From Enoplolaimus lenunculus (Eukaryota), in NCBI GenBank assembly GCA_030248215.1, contig JASANG010002537.1, forward strand, positions 496,001 to 560,000: 64,000 bases of DNA, given 5' to 3'. Of this stretch, positions 37,907 to 51,075 are shown one piece after another. The first letter of the stretch is position 1; each line of letters begins with the position of its first letter. Both the position numbers and the translations under genes were made by a program. A model generated the notes under the pieces. It was not told the DNA's origin, made no database searches, and was given only the letters and a program-made list of their open reading frames with translations.

Positions 37907-38886
37907 TTAACCCTCAACGGCCCGGCAAAATTTTCACCTTAATCAGCCCAACGGTCTACATATGTAGACAACACAACTAGCGTTAGTTTTGGCTTATCTC
38001 AGGGTGCTCTCCTCCTTTAACTGGCTTGAGACAGTCAGAACTAGTGTTCTGGCGGAGTTCCACCCGCTCCCCGTCCAGCCTCCCACTGCGGGCGCGTTGT
38101 CCAGTTAAGCACAGTCGTTGCACGTTATGGTGCGATTCATGTGGTCCTTGCACACTCGTTTTCCACATGACGAACAGCTCAATCTCGTAGATTTGCGACA
38201 ACTTGTGACCTGACATTTGGTCGGTTTACCAGATGTAGAAGGTTCGTTTCGCTTTTGAGGCAGCCCGTAAGCCATAAATGAATCCTTTGATTTTGCGTAA
38301 ATTTTTTCACTACTGTAACGTTTGGTCATATTGTCTTGCGCTAGTTGTTCGGCTACTTTTTTCATGAAAACATTGCGTGACTTTTGATATCCGTTCAGTT
38401 TCATGACAATGAATGCGTTGTGCAACGGTACTTAGCAGGTTTCGCCGGCATGTACGCTCGCCCCGGTGCATATCCTCTATACCCGTAGAGCTGTTCATCT
38501 ACTGTAAGTGATTCGGACGGTATATAATGAAGACGTAAGTTGGACTGAAATAGGTCCCAAACATCTCGTATAGCAGCCATTTTGTCACTTTTTTGACGCT
38601 CCCGGCGAGTCAGTTTGTTGTCGAATGTTACATTTTCCAGCAACTGTTTCATTCTGTTTTTTGACAGCGCGCAGCGGTAAAAGGGCCTGCTGTCGTTTTT
38701 GGTGAATAGTGAAGCCACTGGAGACATGTTATCGCGATCTGCACCAGCTCTGATTACCACCCCAAGCCAAGCAATAATTATCGATGGAAATTAAACAATA
38801 GATTCTTAACTATAGCACCTGCCGAACAATCAATTGTCGAACTGGTTATGTTTACATATGTAGACTGTCGGGCCATTGAGGGTTAA
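37907..38886 (-). mobile_element. Internally deleted piggyBac DNA transposon (~970 bp)
   Basis: TTAA at 37907-37910 and 38883-38886. 14-bp TIR CCCTCAA(C/T)GGCCCG. Subterminal palindrome GTCTACATATGTAGAC near both ends with asymmetric spacing. Encloses transposase fragments. Confidence 0.93.
38105..38760 (-). pseudogene. piggyBac transposase remnant
   Basis: 38401-38760 reads LSKNRMKQLLENVTFDN..AIRDVWDLFQSNL..SLTVDEQLYGYRG..YMPAKPAKY (first catalytic Asp region). It is joined out of frame by a deletion to 38105-38425, HNAFIV..CQVTSC..CSSCGKRVCKDH..CNDC (C-terminal Cys-rich domain). The rest of the catalytic core is missing. Confidence 0.9.
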
Positions 38887-40031
38887 GTAAAAAAATTAGC
38901 TAAATTAAATCGTAACCACTGCTACATTTCACCAGAATCTTGTAGATGTCGTGGATCACGGCAAATATATTCAGGAAACGCCGCAACAATTTCTTATTAC
39001 CGACTCACTTGCGCGGTAAAAACCATTATAGTTGTAGGGCGCTCCGACGAGCCCAAATGGGCCTACCCTGCCCAAGATACCCCTGAACAGAGATAAAAAC
39101 CAAAAATTCGTGTTAATATTTAGTACTAAAATTACGTTTGGCTTCTTGTTCACTTCGTTCGCAATCTTTTCTCAGCGATATATATCACGCTGATTCCGCC
39201 TTCACAATACCTATTCTGCATGTATCATTGGTATGCTAATTTTATTTATACAATGACTAAGTTCACCAGGTCCCTGTCTACGTGGCACGGAAACACAAAT
39301 CTTTTAACCGATTTATTGGAGACCCGATTCACAGCAATGTATAACAGACCTCTCGGTAATAGCGCGTATACTTTTTGAATGCATCAGGCAAAAATTTACC
39401 ATATTTAATACCCGATCAACGGCGTTCGAAGGCTCTGCCATTGTGTAAAATGTTTTATTCCCAACTCATGAAAACTCCGCAAACATTTATAACAGTGATT
39501 TCTTACGATATTTGCGTCTGCATGAATAGTTTTGGCAATTTTAAATTTATAATCCTTTATGAACCGAATTTTTTATTTCTGCAGCGCACCGCTGTCAATT
39601 GTTCTTTTCCGTATAATGTGTTAACAAACCTCGACCACTGGATTTATAACACCACTTTAGAACCATCGTTACACCGCAAAACTACCAAATTGCTCGACGC
39701 ACAAGGGCCCTCGCATCTCCTATATTTTGGGATACCAGGGCATTTCAATGACACTTAACACTCGTTGAGTATATTCTGTTTGATACGTTTATAAATGACA
39801 TTTTGATACAAATGTGGTCTCGTGCTTATTTTATAGGGCCGCCCTGTTTTCTTGCACGACTGTAATAGAGTAGGATTATATAACTATTTTCAGCTTAGTC
39901 GTAGGCTTACGCTTACAATATTAACACTTCATTTTACGCTTATATGTTTAGGATTAGAAATATGTTTAGTCCATAGTTACGATCCTAAAAGTAACATCGG
40001 TCCAAATGTGAATAGTGCTCTTAAAAATAGA

Positions 40032-43000
40032 TTAAGCACAGTATCCTCGTATAAAATCACTAATACATCCGCCGTCAGATCGAAATTTGGCACAGCGACT
40101 TGTAATTTGAGGTATTGCAGATGAACTGACTTCACAAGATGCGGGACACTTTCCTCTAATGAATGGAGACTGGCACGCTCCTCGAGTTTTGTGAAACTCG
40201 CATTGAGTGCTGTCGTGGTCAGCGTTCACATTGCATGATTCTGACGTTGCATTCGTTGCTAAAATAAAACATAATCGATTGAATAAAAGACATTTGTACA
40301 TCTAGTTTCAATGTCTTGTTTATAGATGAAACTGTAGTAATTCGTATTTCTGCCAAATTTCCTAAATTTTAGTTTATGAAGCTTTAAACACATAAACTGT
40401 TTCAACAGAGTTACTGCTGTGGCCCAGCAACTGTAACTGAGTGCCGCCTGCCCATTAAGCATAAACTCTACATTTAAGCATAAACGTTAGCCTACTTGTA
40501 AGCCTAAAACTAAACGTAATTCTAAGTCTAAGCCTCAACCTCTCAGACTGTAAGTCTTCCAATCGACAGACCCCTTAATATAATTAGGTACCAGCTGTGT
40601 ACTGCTGCAATTCTTATTTACTATGTTATTCAGTTGGTTGGAGCTTTACTGCGAATTAGAAGCATGCATTCAATAACAAACAAAATGAAAAAATACACAA
40701 AATCATTTTGTCAAATTTATCAGTTTCACTGCATTCATGGAAAACGTATTAAAGTGATTTTAACAATAGTGAGTATATTTCAACTGGTTCTTAATAATTT
40801 AAATCTACAGCGTTTATAACGCATTCATTCTAGAACGTCAAAGTCACTATTAGCTCGCTGTTTATTTTGTCGCTGTTTTTCTGTTGAATTCTCTTGTGGT
40901 CATGCAAATCCACTAGCGGATCTAGAGGGTGGGCGGCCTACGCCCCCGTCAAAAAATTTTTTGTAATAAAATGGCAAGGTCCTATCTTATAATTTTATTC
41001 TATCTTACCCCTCAGCCGGGTGCCACGGGAATTCCGGTTCCGGTAGGGAAATCCGGTATTTTTTCACGACAATTTTCCGGTATTTTCGATACTGAAAATT
41101 TTTATCATCGAAAATTTAAGAAAAATTGGCATAAATGGTGTGTTTACAGCATTAAAAACGATAACATAGCGTTAAAAACAAATTTTTCGGTAACAAGTAT
41201 TTTGATTTCCAGGTTTCGGCTGCGGCTTCGGTTCCGGTATTTTTTCAACTTTTCGGTTAAAGTTGCGGTATTTTATAATTCCGGTTGCACCCTGCCCCTC
41301 AGAACATTTTTGGTGATAAAACGATAAGGTCCCTATTTTACAATTTTTGCGTTTTATAAAATTGGCCAGTCCGCCCCCCCCGTCAAAACATTTTGGATCC
41401 GCCTGTGTGTAAATCATTGCAAAACTTTGATCCTTGTTGACGTCTATTATGTTGTAGGCTTCAGATTTGGCTTGAGCTCGGGCTTACGCGTAAGATTGAT
41501 AGAGGGGAAGTAATCATTGGTCCCAATCATGGGGTTTTATAATTTACCAATTCTTTCCATAGGACATCGATATAGCAAATTAATTTCGAGTACGTCTGTA
41601 TCGGTCAGCAGTACACCTCCCAACACAATTGATTGATTATTTTCATCCGTTGCATTGATTGGTATTAACGTTGGTTTGCCGTTTCTGGAAATATGCAATA
41701 ACAGTCATGTGTTGGGGGTTTACATGAACCAAACGTTCCATTCACCATAATTATTTATCGGCGACACTGCAGACACACTTCGTCACATAAGCCAAGAGTG
41801 CATGATGCCCAGTGACAAGAGTATGCAACTGGGTTCATTCTTTTCCACACAGAATGTATCCAGTTGCATACTCTTGTCACTGGGCATCATGTGCTCTTGG
41901 CTTCAAATATAAAATTCCATTCACCATAAATATTTATCGGCTACACTGCAGACACACTTGGTCACATTCAAATCCTATAAATAAACACGCATTAGACCGG
42001 CGAAATGAATTTTATATTTGAAGCCAAGAGTACGTGATGCCCAGTGACAAGAGTATGCAACTGGATACATTCTGTGTAGAAAAGAATGAACCCAGCCGTT
42101 ACATTTTTGGCCTACTCCCCCTTGTTCGGGGGGACATAGTGAAGCGCAGAAATCAAACTCGCGTCAGTGACAAAGGTCCCATAGCGTTGGTAAAACAATA
42201 TGCGCTGTCAGATGCTGTTATATAAATGGTTTCTGTTATTGCTTTTAATGGAAAATTTTTTTAGTTACTGTTGTTACCTGCATAAGACAGTATTTTGCTT
42301 CTCTGAGGGTTCTTCCAGCGTTGCTATTTAAATTTGATGTAGAAAGCATATTGCGTAATTGAATTAAGATAATTTATATACTCTAGTTAGAAGTTTTGCA
42401 CTCGATCCATTTACGATATATTTGAGAATTAGATTCCTACAGATTCATTTCAAGATAGGGACCCACGAATCTTGGTACATCGTTTTTCTTATTCGGGTTC
42501 TACAGTTCTTTCTTTGTGCAAGGTTCAATGAATATTTAACGCATATCTTTACTATAACAGGGCATATTGTAATCTAGTTGGCACGAGTTGGATAAACCCC
42601 TTTTTTGTACTAAACAAAACAAATTAATTTTAGTCAAATTTAAAACAAAAAAAGCTTCTGGTCGAACAGCCTTACCTTGAAAATGCATTTGCCGTATAAT
42701 GTAGAATGCTTTTATAATCGTAAGTTGTATTGAATAGTCTGTTTTGCGAAGGATGTAACTTTAAAAAATTAATCTCAACGCCTCTGATGGCATTTTCGGG
42801 CAAGAAAATCACATAGTTGTCACGGTCGCTACGTGACTGCTCATGATAAAATCCAGCAGCATGCATCAGTTCATGAATGACGATGTAACGCGCACCGCAG
42901 TTTCCAGCTAAAATTCGCATCCAAATTTGCATGCATGAAAAGATATTATTTTTAAAAAGTATGCGTTAAATAAAAAAGATATTTGGTAATAATCTTGGAA

Positions 43001-46000
43001 AATTCAGTTTCTGAATAGATTACCCATTGCTTCCGAAAAAATTTCGATTCCTGCAAAAATTCCGATAAAATTTGAGTTTCGATTCCGATTCCGAATTGCA
43101 GTGGCTGCTATTCCGATGCCGGAATTCCGATTTTTAGGCTGCGAGATTTTAAGGTGATTGAAATTAGATCTTCCTGTTGTTTTGTTCGTTTGCTATAATC
43201 TGTTTGTTTTGTCCTAGTAAGTATTCGCAGTTGTTACTTAAGAGCAGCAAGCAGAGCATGTTATCTCGCTGATTAGCCAAACGTGACTGCAATTGAAAAC
43301 TTCATGTTTTACCTTTACACGAATAACAAAATCCAAACTTCCAGTGCTCTGAGAATTGGCAGGCTGCTGTGAGTATTGCAGACCTCCATTAATATAACTT
43401 TTACAGCTTTAGCAGCTTGCTGAATCAGTCAGCTATACAAGCGTTTTTAACTGAAACTGCGAACAATACAAACAGACACACTGAAACAAAAATCAAACCT
43501 CATACACTTTACTTCGTAACAGAATTACTAAAAGTTAAATTCCGGTCTCTATTCCGATTACGCTCCAACAAAATGTATTTCCGATTGAAAAGGGACGCAG
43601 CCACGATTTCACTTCTGGAGAGTACCTCTATCGACTTTAAGTTTTTCCAGCGCGTGTACGCCAAACGATAAATTTTTTTGAGCTGTGAACAGGGTGCAAC
43701 CGGAATTATAAAATACCAAAACCGAAACCGGAACCGGTACGTTAAAAAATACCGCAATCGGATAGTGAAAAACGCCAGATTTTCCTAACGGAACCGGAAT
43801 TCAGGTTACACCCTGGTTGTGACATTAAGCAGGTTAATATTGTGAAACCTAAACTTATACAAGTGCATTTTCTCATCTATCTCCAGGCATTACGACAGGT
43901 ATTGGATTCTTTGCTGTAGTGATCCGAATAAGACAGGTAATAAGAGGATTCGTCATTTTAAGTTCCAATCAATAGGAGTCTGTATACCTAATTACAGTCC
44001 GCTAGGGGATAGAGTCTATAATTCTTAGTTACAATCTGTAAGAGACCAAAGCAGAAGAATGGTCTCGACGGCTTATATATGTAACAGACTCTCTGACAAC
44101 CCACATAAACGTTATTAAATTCAGAAAAAAGATAAACGAACATGACAATCAACAAAAAGGTTTCGAAGCATGTCGATTTTGCTTCTTCCCAAAAGCCAAT
44201 ATAAAAAGGAGGATGTCAGGCCCAACTAAAGGCGAGATAAATCAACAATAAAAAATTTATCACCGAATAAACAACGGGTACACTTCGGAGAACCAAAATA
44301 AATATCAATCCACCTTATTTGGGTCACTACAGTATCATCTCCCTAACGACCTAGAATATACATTTATGTACTGGTTGGTAGTGCTGAACGTTTTAGAAGC
44401 GTTTAGAAAGTTCCAAGCTTTGTTAGCCAGAACCTAAATCTACGATTTGCCACTATTAACCTATTAAGCAGAAACGGCTTTTCGTAAAATAAGTTTTCAA
44501 CAATTGAAGTTTTTTGATTAGAAGTGTCGTTTACATAATTAATTTGTTAATGTGTACACTAGTCTCAAAGCAGACAATTTAGGCTTACACAGCGACATTA
44601 ATTGTTCGCCTCCAATCATTCCTACTTCAGACGAGCAGCCAGCACTCGATGTTAATTTGATATAATTTCCGTCGTTTTTTCTTGCCGCATTCTGAAAAAT
44701 AATGTTTGTTCTTTAAAATTTGTAAAGGTAAAATCTTTCGTATTCTTGTTCAAACAATTCTAATTGCAGTTGAACGATTTGTGTAGGTATTAGGAGCTTA
44801 TGGGAGGTGTGGTATGTTTTTGGTACTGTCGATCAGTCTGAAATGAATAGTGTCAGCCGAACTGGCTGGAAGACCGAAGAAATGAACAGTGTCAGCCGGC
44901 AACTTAACTCACGGCGAGTGGTGCGGGTTATTTATTAATTATATAAATGTTTGTGATACGCGTATGCCTTGCGTAACTTTCCTGCAGAAAAAAACGTATT
45001 CCCCGATTGAAATTTTTCTTTCAGTTTGGAGTCCCTGAGGAGGAGAGATTTTAGGTAGGCATCTCCGGGTATGGCAACTTTTATTTTTTGTTAAATGGCC
45101 GTAGAAAACATGAGTACAAAATTTTTTACTGAAAGATCAAGTAGTACGACTCCTAGGAAGCCAAATCAATTCAGGCCTAGTGGTTTAATCGCTAATACGA
45201 TTTTCACCCAAATAACTAAGGCCTTGCCTGCTTATGTAACTTCAGTATTGTCACGCGTTTTCAGACTTCAGTGTAGCTTATTTTTCTAATTAGGTGCGCC
45301 CCTGAGGACCGCCCAAGTGCCATGTGCATAGCCCACTCAGATGTGAAATCGTATCCAAATTTCAATTGTGATAAACCGATGGGTTTACCAGACGGCCCAG
45401 CTCATTGCATGAATTTTCACAAGCGTCAGTACGCTTGCATAGTTGTTTTGAAAGCACATTCCTAAGTATAACCTTACTACATCATCGTGAAAGCTCTTGA
45501 TACAAGACAAATAAACGTTTAATTCGACGGATAGTTGCAATACCGGATACATATCAGTAACGAACGGCGTCGGAGAGCGGATTAAAAATAAATAACAGTC
45601 CGTAAAAGAATAACAGGGGGTACCCTCTGAAGAGGCCAAATAAATATCAGTCCCGCTCTCTTATTCGGGTCACTACAGTAGTATCACTAAATTTCCGTTG
45701 TTTTGGTATCAATTAAACCCCTTTTACTTCTAAGGGAAAACTTAAATTCATCATAACAATATATATTTTTATTGCAATAAGTGCAATATTTTAACTTGCA
45801 AGTCACGGTAAGTCTATTCGGAAATTAATAGTCGGCGTAGGATTTTAGTGCTTCACACTCAATACCAGCGCCCTTTTAGCGCTACTTTCATGGTCTGCTT
45901 GTTACTTACTATTATAAGGCACGTTTTGTTTTGTAATTCAAATATGGCATCTTGAAGTGCCGGACGCTGCTTCTTGAACACAGAGTTTCGCTTAATCTTG

Positions 46001-48112
46001 ATAACACCATCTGACCATAACAATCCATCAACTGCAAGTACATTGGTACATTCAGTGGGAGGGCTTGGAGAGCTCGAGTGCCTCTCTTTTAAGCCTCAAT
46101 TTCATCAAAATTATAAGTACTTTTATGTTATTTAAACGCTTTCAGATTGTTTCGGAATATACTGTGGAAATTTCGAATTAAATTGCCAATAGTTATTTTA
46201 TTAATTTTCGCTTTTTTCTGTTAAAAGATGCAAAATTTGTCTTTAGATTAATATTAATAGCGTTTTTGTTTTTGAAATTCCTGAATCCGCGCCTGAAACA
46301 TTTTGGGTAAAACCAGTTTGCCAGGTCAAAAAGAGTATTCAATCAGTATCAGAGACACACAGGTTATATTTAGGAATGCGCTTTCAACATTTAAGTACGC
46401 TTCGAAGTTTCGAACTCAAGTTATTTGGTCCTGGAGTCATTTATGCCCACAATTAGGGGGGATAACTGACATTCATGGATTCTAAATTAGGGTTTAGGGA
46501 CTCTATCCGCTTACGGACTCTTATTAGGGATACGAACTGTTATTGATTGGGACTCAAAATGGGACCCCCTTATTACCTCACACCCTCTTATTCGGGTCCA
46601 TTACAGTATGTTTTTATTAAGTTTCGAATTTAGCAGGGTTTTCTAGATTGAGACAAATGTGCTTTTTATCTCTAGGATTTTCGTGGTGATTGGATATGTC
46701 CTCTGTATCCGATGCTTTGTTGACCCTTTTATTTGGTGTAGCCTGACAGAATTCCCCCCAAGTAAATTTTCAATCGTGCTTGTAAGTTACCGAAAACCCT
46801 TGTATACCGCAAAATATCAGCGTGATACTTTTTTACTTGTGCGTTGCATTGAAAGCACAAGTGCACAATCTATATATGCTGTTATCAAAGTCAAGTTTGG
46901 TACTGTAGTGACCAGAATAAAATGAGGAAGGGTAATAAGAGGTGGCCTTTATTTTGAGTCCCAATCAATAGGAGTCCGCATCCCTTACGAGAGTCCGTAA
47001 GCGGGTAGAGTCCCTAAGCCCTAATCAGAGTCCATAAATGTCAATTATCCCTAATTTTAGCGCATAAATGACTCCAAGACCAAATAAATTAAGTTCTAAA
47101 CTTTAAAGCGTACTTAAGTTTTGAAAGCATCATTCCAAAGTATAACCATGCATTATCGCTTAAGCTTTTGATGCGAAGCAAAAAAACGTTTAATTCAACG
47201 AATAGTTACAATACCGGATATATATCAGTAACGAAGGGTGACGGAGAGCGGGTTGAAAATAAATAACAGTCCGTAACCGAAGAACAAAAGGGTGCAATCT
47301 GGAGAAGCCAAATAAATATCAGCCCCCTTTCGTATTCGGGTCACAACAGTAAAAACACTTCACGAATGAATTGGTACTTTTATACCTGCAACTGCTGCCA
47401 TCCGAACGTCGGCATTACGAATAATCTGTTGTTTTGAGTCTCTGATTAAAATATCGCCCTCAAAATGTCCACTTTTCTGCCATTCGGGCTCCTGACAATG
47501 AATCTGAAGCAAGTAGCAATTTCAGCTCGTCACAACGATCTGTGCAATTAGTTTCTAGTATATACAAAGCTTTAAATTCATCATAAAATTCCCCTTTTTA
47601 AATGACGAATGCAAATGTATCATTTAAGTGCTCAACTCTGAATTTATTTTGCTTTGAAATACATTTTAGTTGAAATTATGTATATTATTCAAGCAGATAA
47701 GAATAAAATGGCTTTGAGCAAAAGCTAAAACTCTACATTTGACGCGACTCGATGGGCGTGCTGCTAGCCAATGTACTACCGTTTGGATTTAGGTAATGAT
47801 TTCACTCAAACTTGGAAAACTACAGCTCAAAACTGCAATTTCTAACAGCGAGGACAAAACATATTAACTTATTAGTCTAATCTCTAAACAAACGTTTTTG
47901 GCAGGAGATGCGTAAAAACTTTAAGTGGAATAAAGTGTGTTTCATTTATCCTGGTGCAGTTACCATTGGAAAAATTCCGTGTGCTTTTGTTATTTACAGC
48001 GTTGCATGATTATGCCTGTTAATTTGAATTAATCAAATATTTAACTTACCATGGTTTGCGACGAAGTTAAAATCAGTAATTTCAATAAAAATAATGTAAA
48101 CCCTGTGGCCAT
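40032..48112 (-). CDS. Astacin-family (M12A) zinc metalloprotease with signal peptide, propeptide and degenerate C-terminal ShK-like repeats (~333 aa, 7 exons)
   Basis: Exons 48050-48112, 47386-47503, 45910-46031, 44589-44691, 42676-42907, 41548-41684, 40032-40258; GT-AG, phase-consistent, 1002 nt. Signal MATGFTLFLLKLLILTSSQTMIHC, propeptide FEGDI, GCSSEVG, zinc motif HELMHAAGFYHEQSRSDRD, YDYKSILHY turn, INLLYRC. Confidence 0.9.
41731..42095. repeat. Complex inverted and direct duplication including a 44-bp-arm hairpin (41789-41903)
   Basis: Arms 41789-41832 and 41860-41903. 42007-42095 is the reverse complement of 41829-41917. About 41735-41788 is directly repeated at about 41915-41967. Confidence 0.9.
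43690..43815. mobile_element. hAT-like MITE, CAGGGTG family (short copy)
   Basis: CAGGGTGCAACC...GGTTACACCCTG. Flanks GCTGTGAA and GTTGTGAC. Confidence 0.7.
43914..44333. mobile_element. TA-flanked MITE family copy in an astacin intron
   Basis: CTGTAGTGATCCGAATAAG...GGGTCACTACAG-TA. Confidence 0.7.
46901..47351. mobile_element. TA-flanked MITE family copy in an astacin intron
   Basis: TA-CTGTAGTGACCAGAATA...TATTCGGGTCACAACAG-TA. Partial copies near 37392-37498, 45440-45680 and 46340-46608. Confidence 0.8.
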
Positions 48113-50356
48113 AGTTGACGCTTAAAAATAATTTGCTGAAGTTGTCTAATGTCGGGAGAAAAAAAGTCATGGGTTTTAGGCTCACCCTGCTTCGGCATAT
48201 ACGAGCTGTTTTAATAGTCCTGCACGCTCCCACAGTAAAAACAGGCTACAACGTTTTGTGTTGTGGACTCAAAGTGATACTGGCAACGGCAGATCCAGGA
48301 TCTCACAACGGGGGGAGCAAAATGTCACTGGCAACAAACTTATTTTTATTTAACACTTTGCAGACCGTGTCCATGAGTTTACACACAAACCGCGAATTAT
48401 TGCAATAAAATTGACCGTGAAAGAGTACGACCGTTCAACTGAGATTAATCACAAATAAAACAGCACAGCCCCTCATGAATATGTATCAGAAAGTTTGTGA
48501 CCTCTAGGATCCGGGTAATGTCCCAGTAAAGATTTTGGTATGGGTGTTGTAAAGGATATATTCCACTCCCACCTGTATATCTCGCCCCTTGCACACATCC
48601 CATGTCCATTTTCATACAAAGTTGCAAAACAAAATTTTTCTGCGTTAGTTTCGCTTTATTGGAGAGTAACCCCATGGCCAGAGCAGTCATGAATGGAGGT
48701 TTTCACAAAACTCCAGGGTGGGGGCTAACGTGTTGTGGATCCAGAATTTTTCGGTGTTTAATCTGAGGTTGTTTGAGCTCACGCTCTTGTTTGAAAGCTG
48801 TAAAGACGCCCTTTAAAACAGTGTCACTCAAAGTTGCTATATATTTAAAATGAATGTGGGGTCCAGGAATTTTCCGGGGGTTTCCCAATCCCCTGTCCTC
48901 CTTCCCACTTAGCTTCGGGCGGGGTCTACGGCCGTGGTGGCACCTCATGGATCCGTCGATGCGTGCTGGCCGTTAATGTGCACTGCAAAAAATGTTGATT
49001 AAATTGGCTTTTACGAAATAGGCTTAGTCAAATTCGACTCCGCCAGCGTCAAACGTGCGACCCCGTGAATCGAATTTGACTCTGACGAGGTCGAATTTTG
49101 ACTCAATTTGTGTAGTCCCGAAAAGCCTTCTTCGGAAAGGGACAATGTAACTCACCATTTTTTGCACTATATAATCTAACTACATACGTCGAGTATAACG
49201 AAAATAGAAGCGTTGTGATTGATCAGAAAACGTGGGGAATCTGTGCGGGACAACATATGATTGAAGAAAGCATGCGAGCGAAGAGAAGCTGAAGTCAACG
49301 TAACTTTAGCATGTAAACTGTATAGGTACGGAACTTACCATTTTTTCGCAAAATTTAAATTGAGTTTTAATATGTAAAAATTTTAGTGCCAAAACGGGCG
49401 GTCGTCTGCCGCATCTCTCCCGTTGCTTGCCCACTTAACAAAAACAGTGTACCTGTTTATCTAGAACACCTGTAAATATCAAGTTTCTGTGAAATAAAGC
49501 TTCACAGAATCATACGCTGTCATAACCTCGATAAAATTTTTCATATCATTTTAACAAAATGTGTTTGATAAATTTCACTTTACTGTTCGATCAAACATTT
49601 CTGTCACATGTCATTTTCCGTCTATCTAGGGTATAGTTTTGAGATTTGTCGTGCTGGTATATGACCCCTACGCAATCACAATTTGCTTTTCGATACAGAG
49701 GCAATTGACGGTGAAAAACGACATCGCATTTACTTTTTAGCGTTTTGCTCAAATGCCGTACTGCATATAGAACGAGTAACATTTAGAATTTTGCTCGCAC
49801 GTGCAATGAAACAACGTTATAAAGCTAGCAGCAGCCAAAGTAAAGCTACTATTAAGTATATTTTCGTAGCTAGTGCCGTACAAGTGGTATATTGTTGGAT
49901 AATCGGCGTATATGTCACAATTTTGAAGTTATGGATCTTGAGAGTATCCGTTTGATTGACTTCTGCATCGTATTTGCATACGGGAGTGAGGGTAATCGTG
50001 TAATACGGGTACCAATGATTCGAAATAAAACTCTGATCTTTAAAGATAAAACCTTGATTCTTGAGAGAAGTTGGAAAGATATTCTGATTTTTATTCATAA
50101 GCATTTTTGTGGAATTTTGACGTGGACATTTGCAATTGTTTTATGCCTGTTAAAATTTTGAAAACTGACAGTATTGGTGATCGAAATTTACTTCAAAGAC
50201 GAGGCTCTAAAAATAATTTATGTCGAAGGCCAATCCTGAGGCAAATTGTTAATTGGCCTGAATAGCAGATTGGCCTGCGACACATATCAGACATAATTTT
50301 ATTACAGGCGAAAACGTACTACAAGATACACACAGTGTTTGTAAAATTTACTAATA

Positions 50357-50388
50357 TTGTTTGTTTGTTTGTTTGTTTGTTTGTTTGT
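50357..50388. repeat. (TTTG)n microsatellite
   Basis: About seven tandem GTTT units. Confidence 0.9.
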
Positions 50389-51075
50389 GAGATTTTTGTT
50401 ATTTGTATGAGTAATGCTAGTTTTATCAGTATTATCTTATTTGTTGTCCATAATCGATCATTGGAGAGATAAAAAGCCAAAATCTAATGGCAAGCTTGGG
50501 GTGAGTTGATAAATTAAAATTGTCTTAAAGAAAGATAAGAATTGCAATGTCTCAACGGCTCTCTGAGTACAGGGGGCAAGGAGATTTTTAGAGGGTGTAA
50601 GGAAAAATATAATTTCCCAGCATGGAGTTTTTAATTCAGTTCAGAAAAAATTTAGGCCAGTAGGGCGTGATTAATTTTTTTATATTTTTTGAATTTTCAT
50701 AAGGAAACCCGTGCGTTAAAAGATCGAAAAATGTTTGTTTCAGAGTTTAAAATGCGTATCATTCTTTGTCCAATGACAAATAAATAATTTCTGAAAAGGT
50801 TTTTTTAACGGAAAAATAGTTTTTTGGGGGCTCCCACGATTCATTATTTAGTGGCAAGCTGCTTCGAGCCGGACTAAACAGTAATTACGTTTGAACCCTG
50901 GTTGCTTTAAACTTGTCGGTATTACTGCAAGAGTGTGCACGATGTCTAACTTCGCTAATAGACTGTCTATAAGCTACATACCAATCGACGCAGCTTGAGG
51001 AGGCGGAGCTGAGTCGAATGGTGTTAAGTTTTTTGCAATCAACCGTCTGCTTAAATGTGCCATTCGAATCTTTAG

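Noticed and set aside
49330..49345. Minus-strand ATG|gtaagt as an alternative astacin first exon
   Set aside because: Out of frame with the signal-peptide exon; the ATG at 48112 already gives a complete model.
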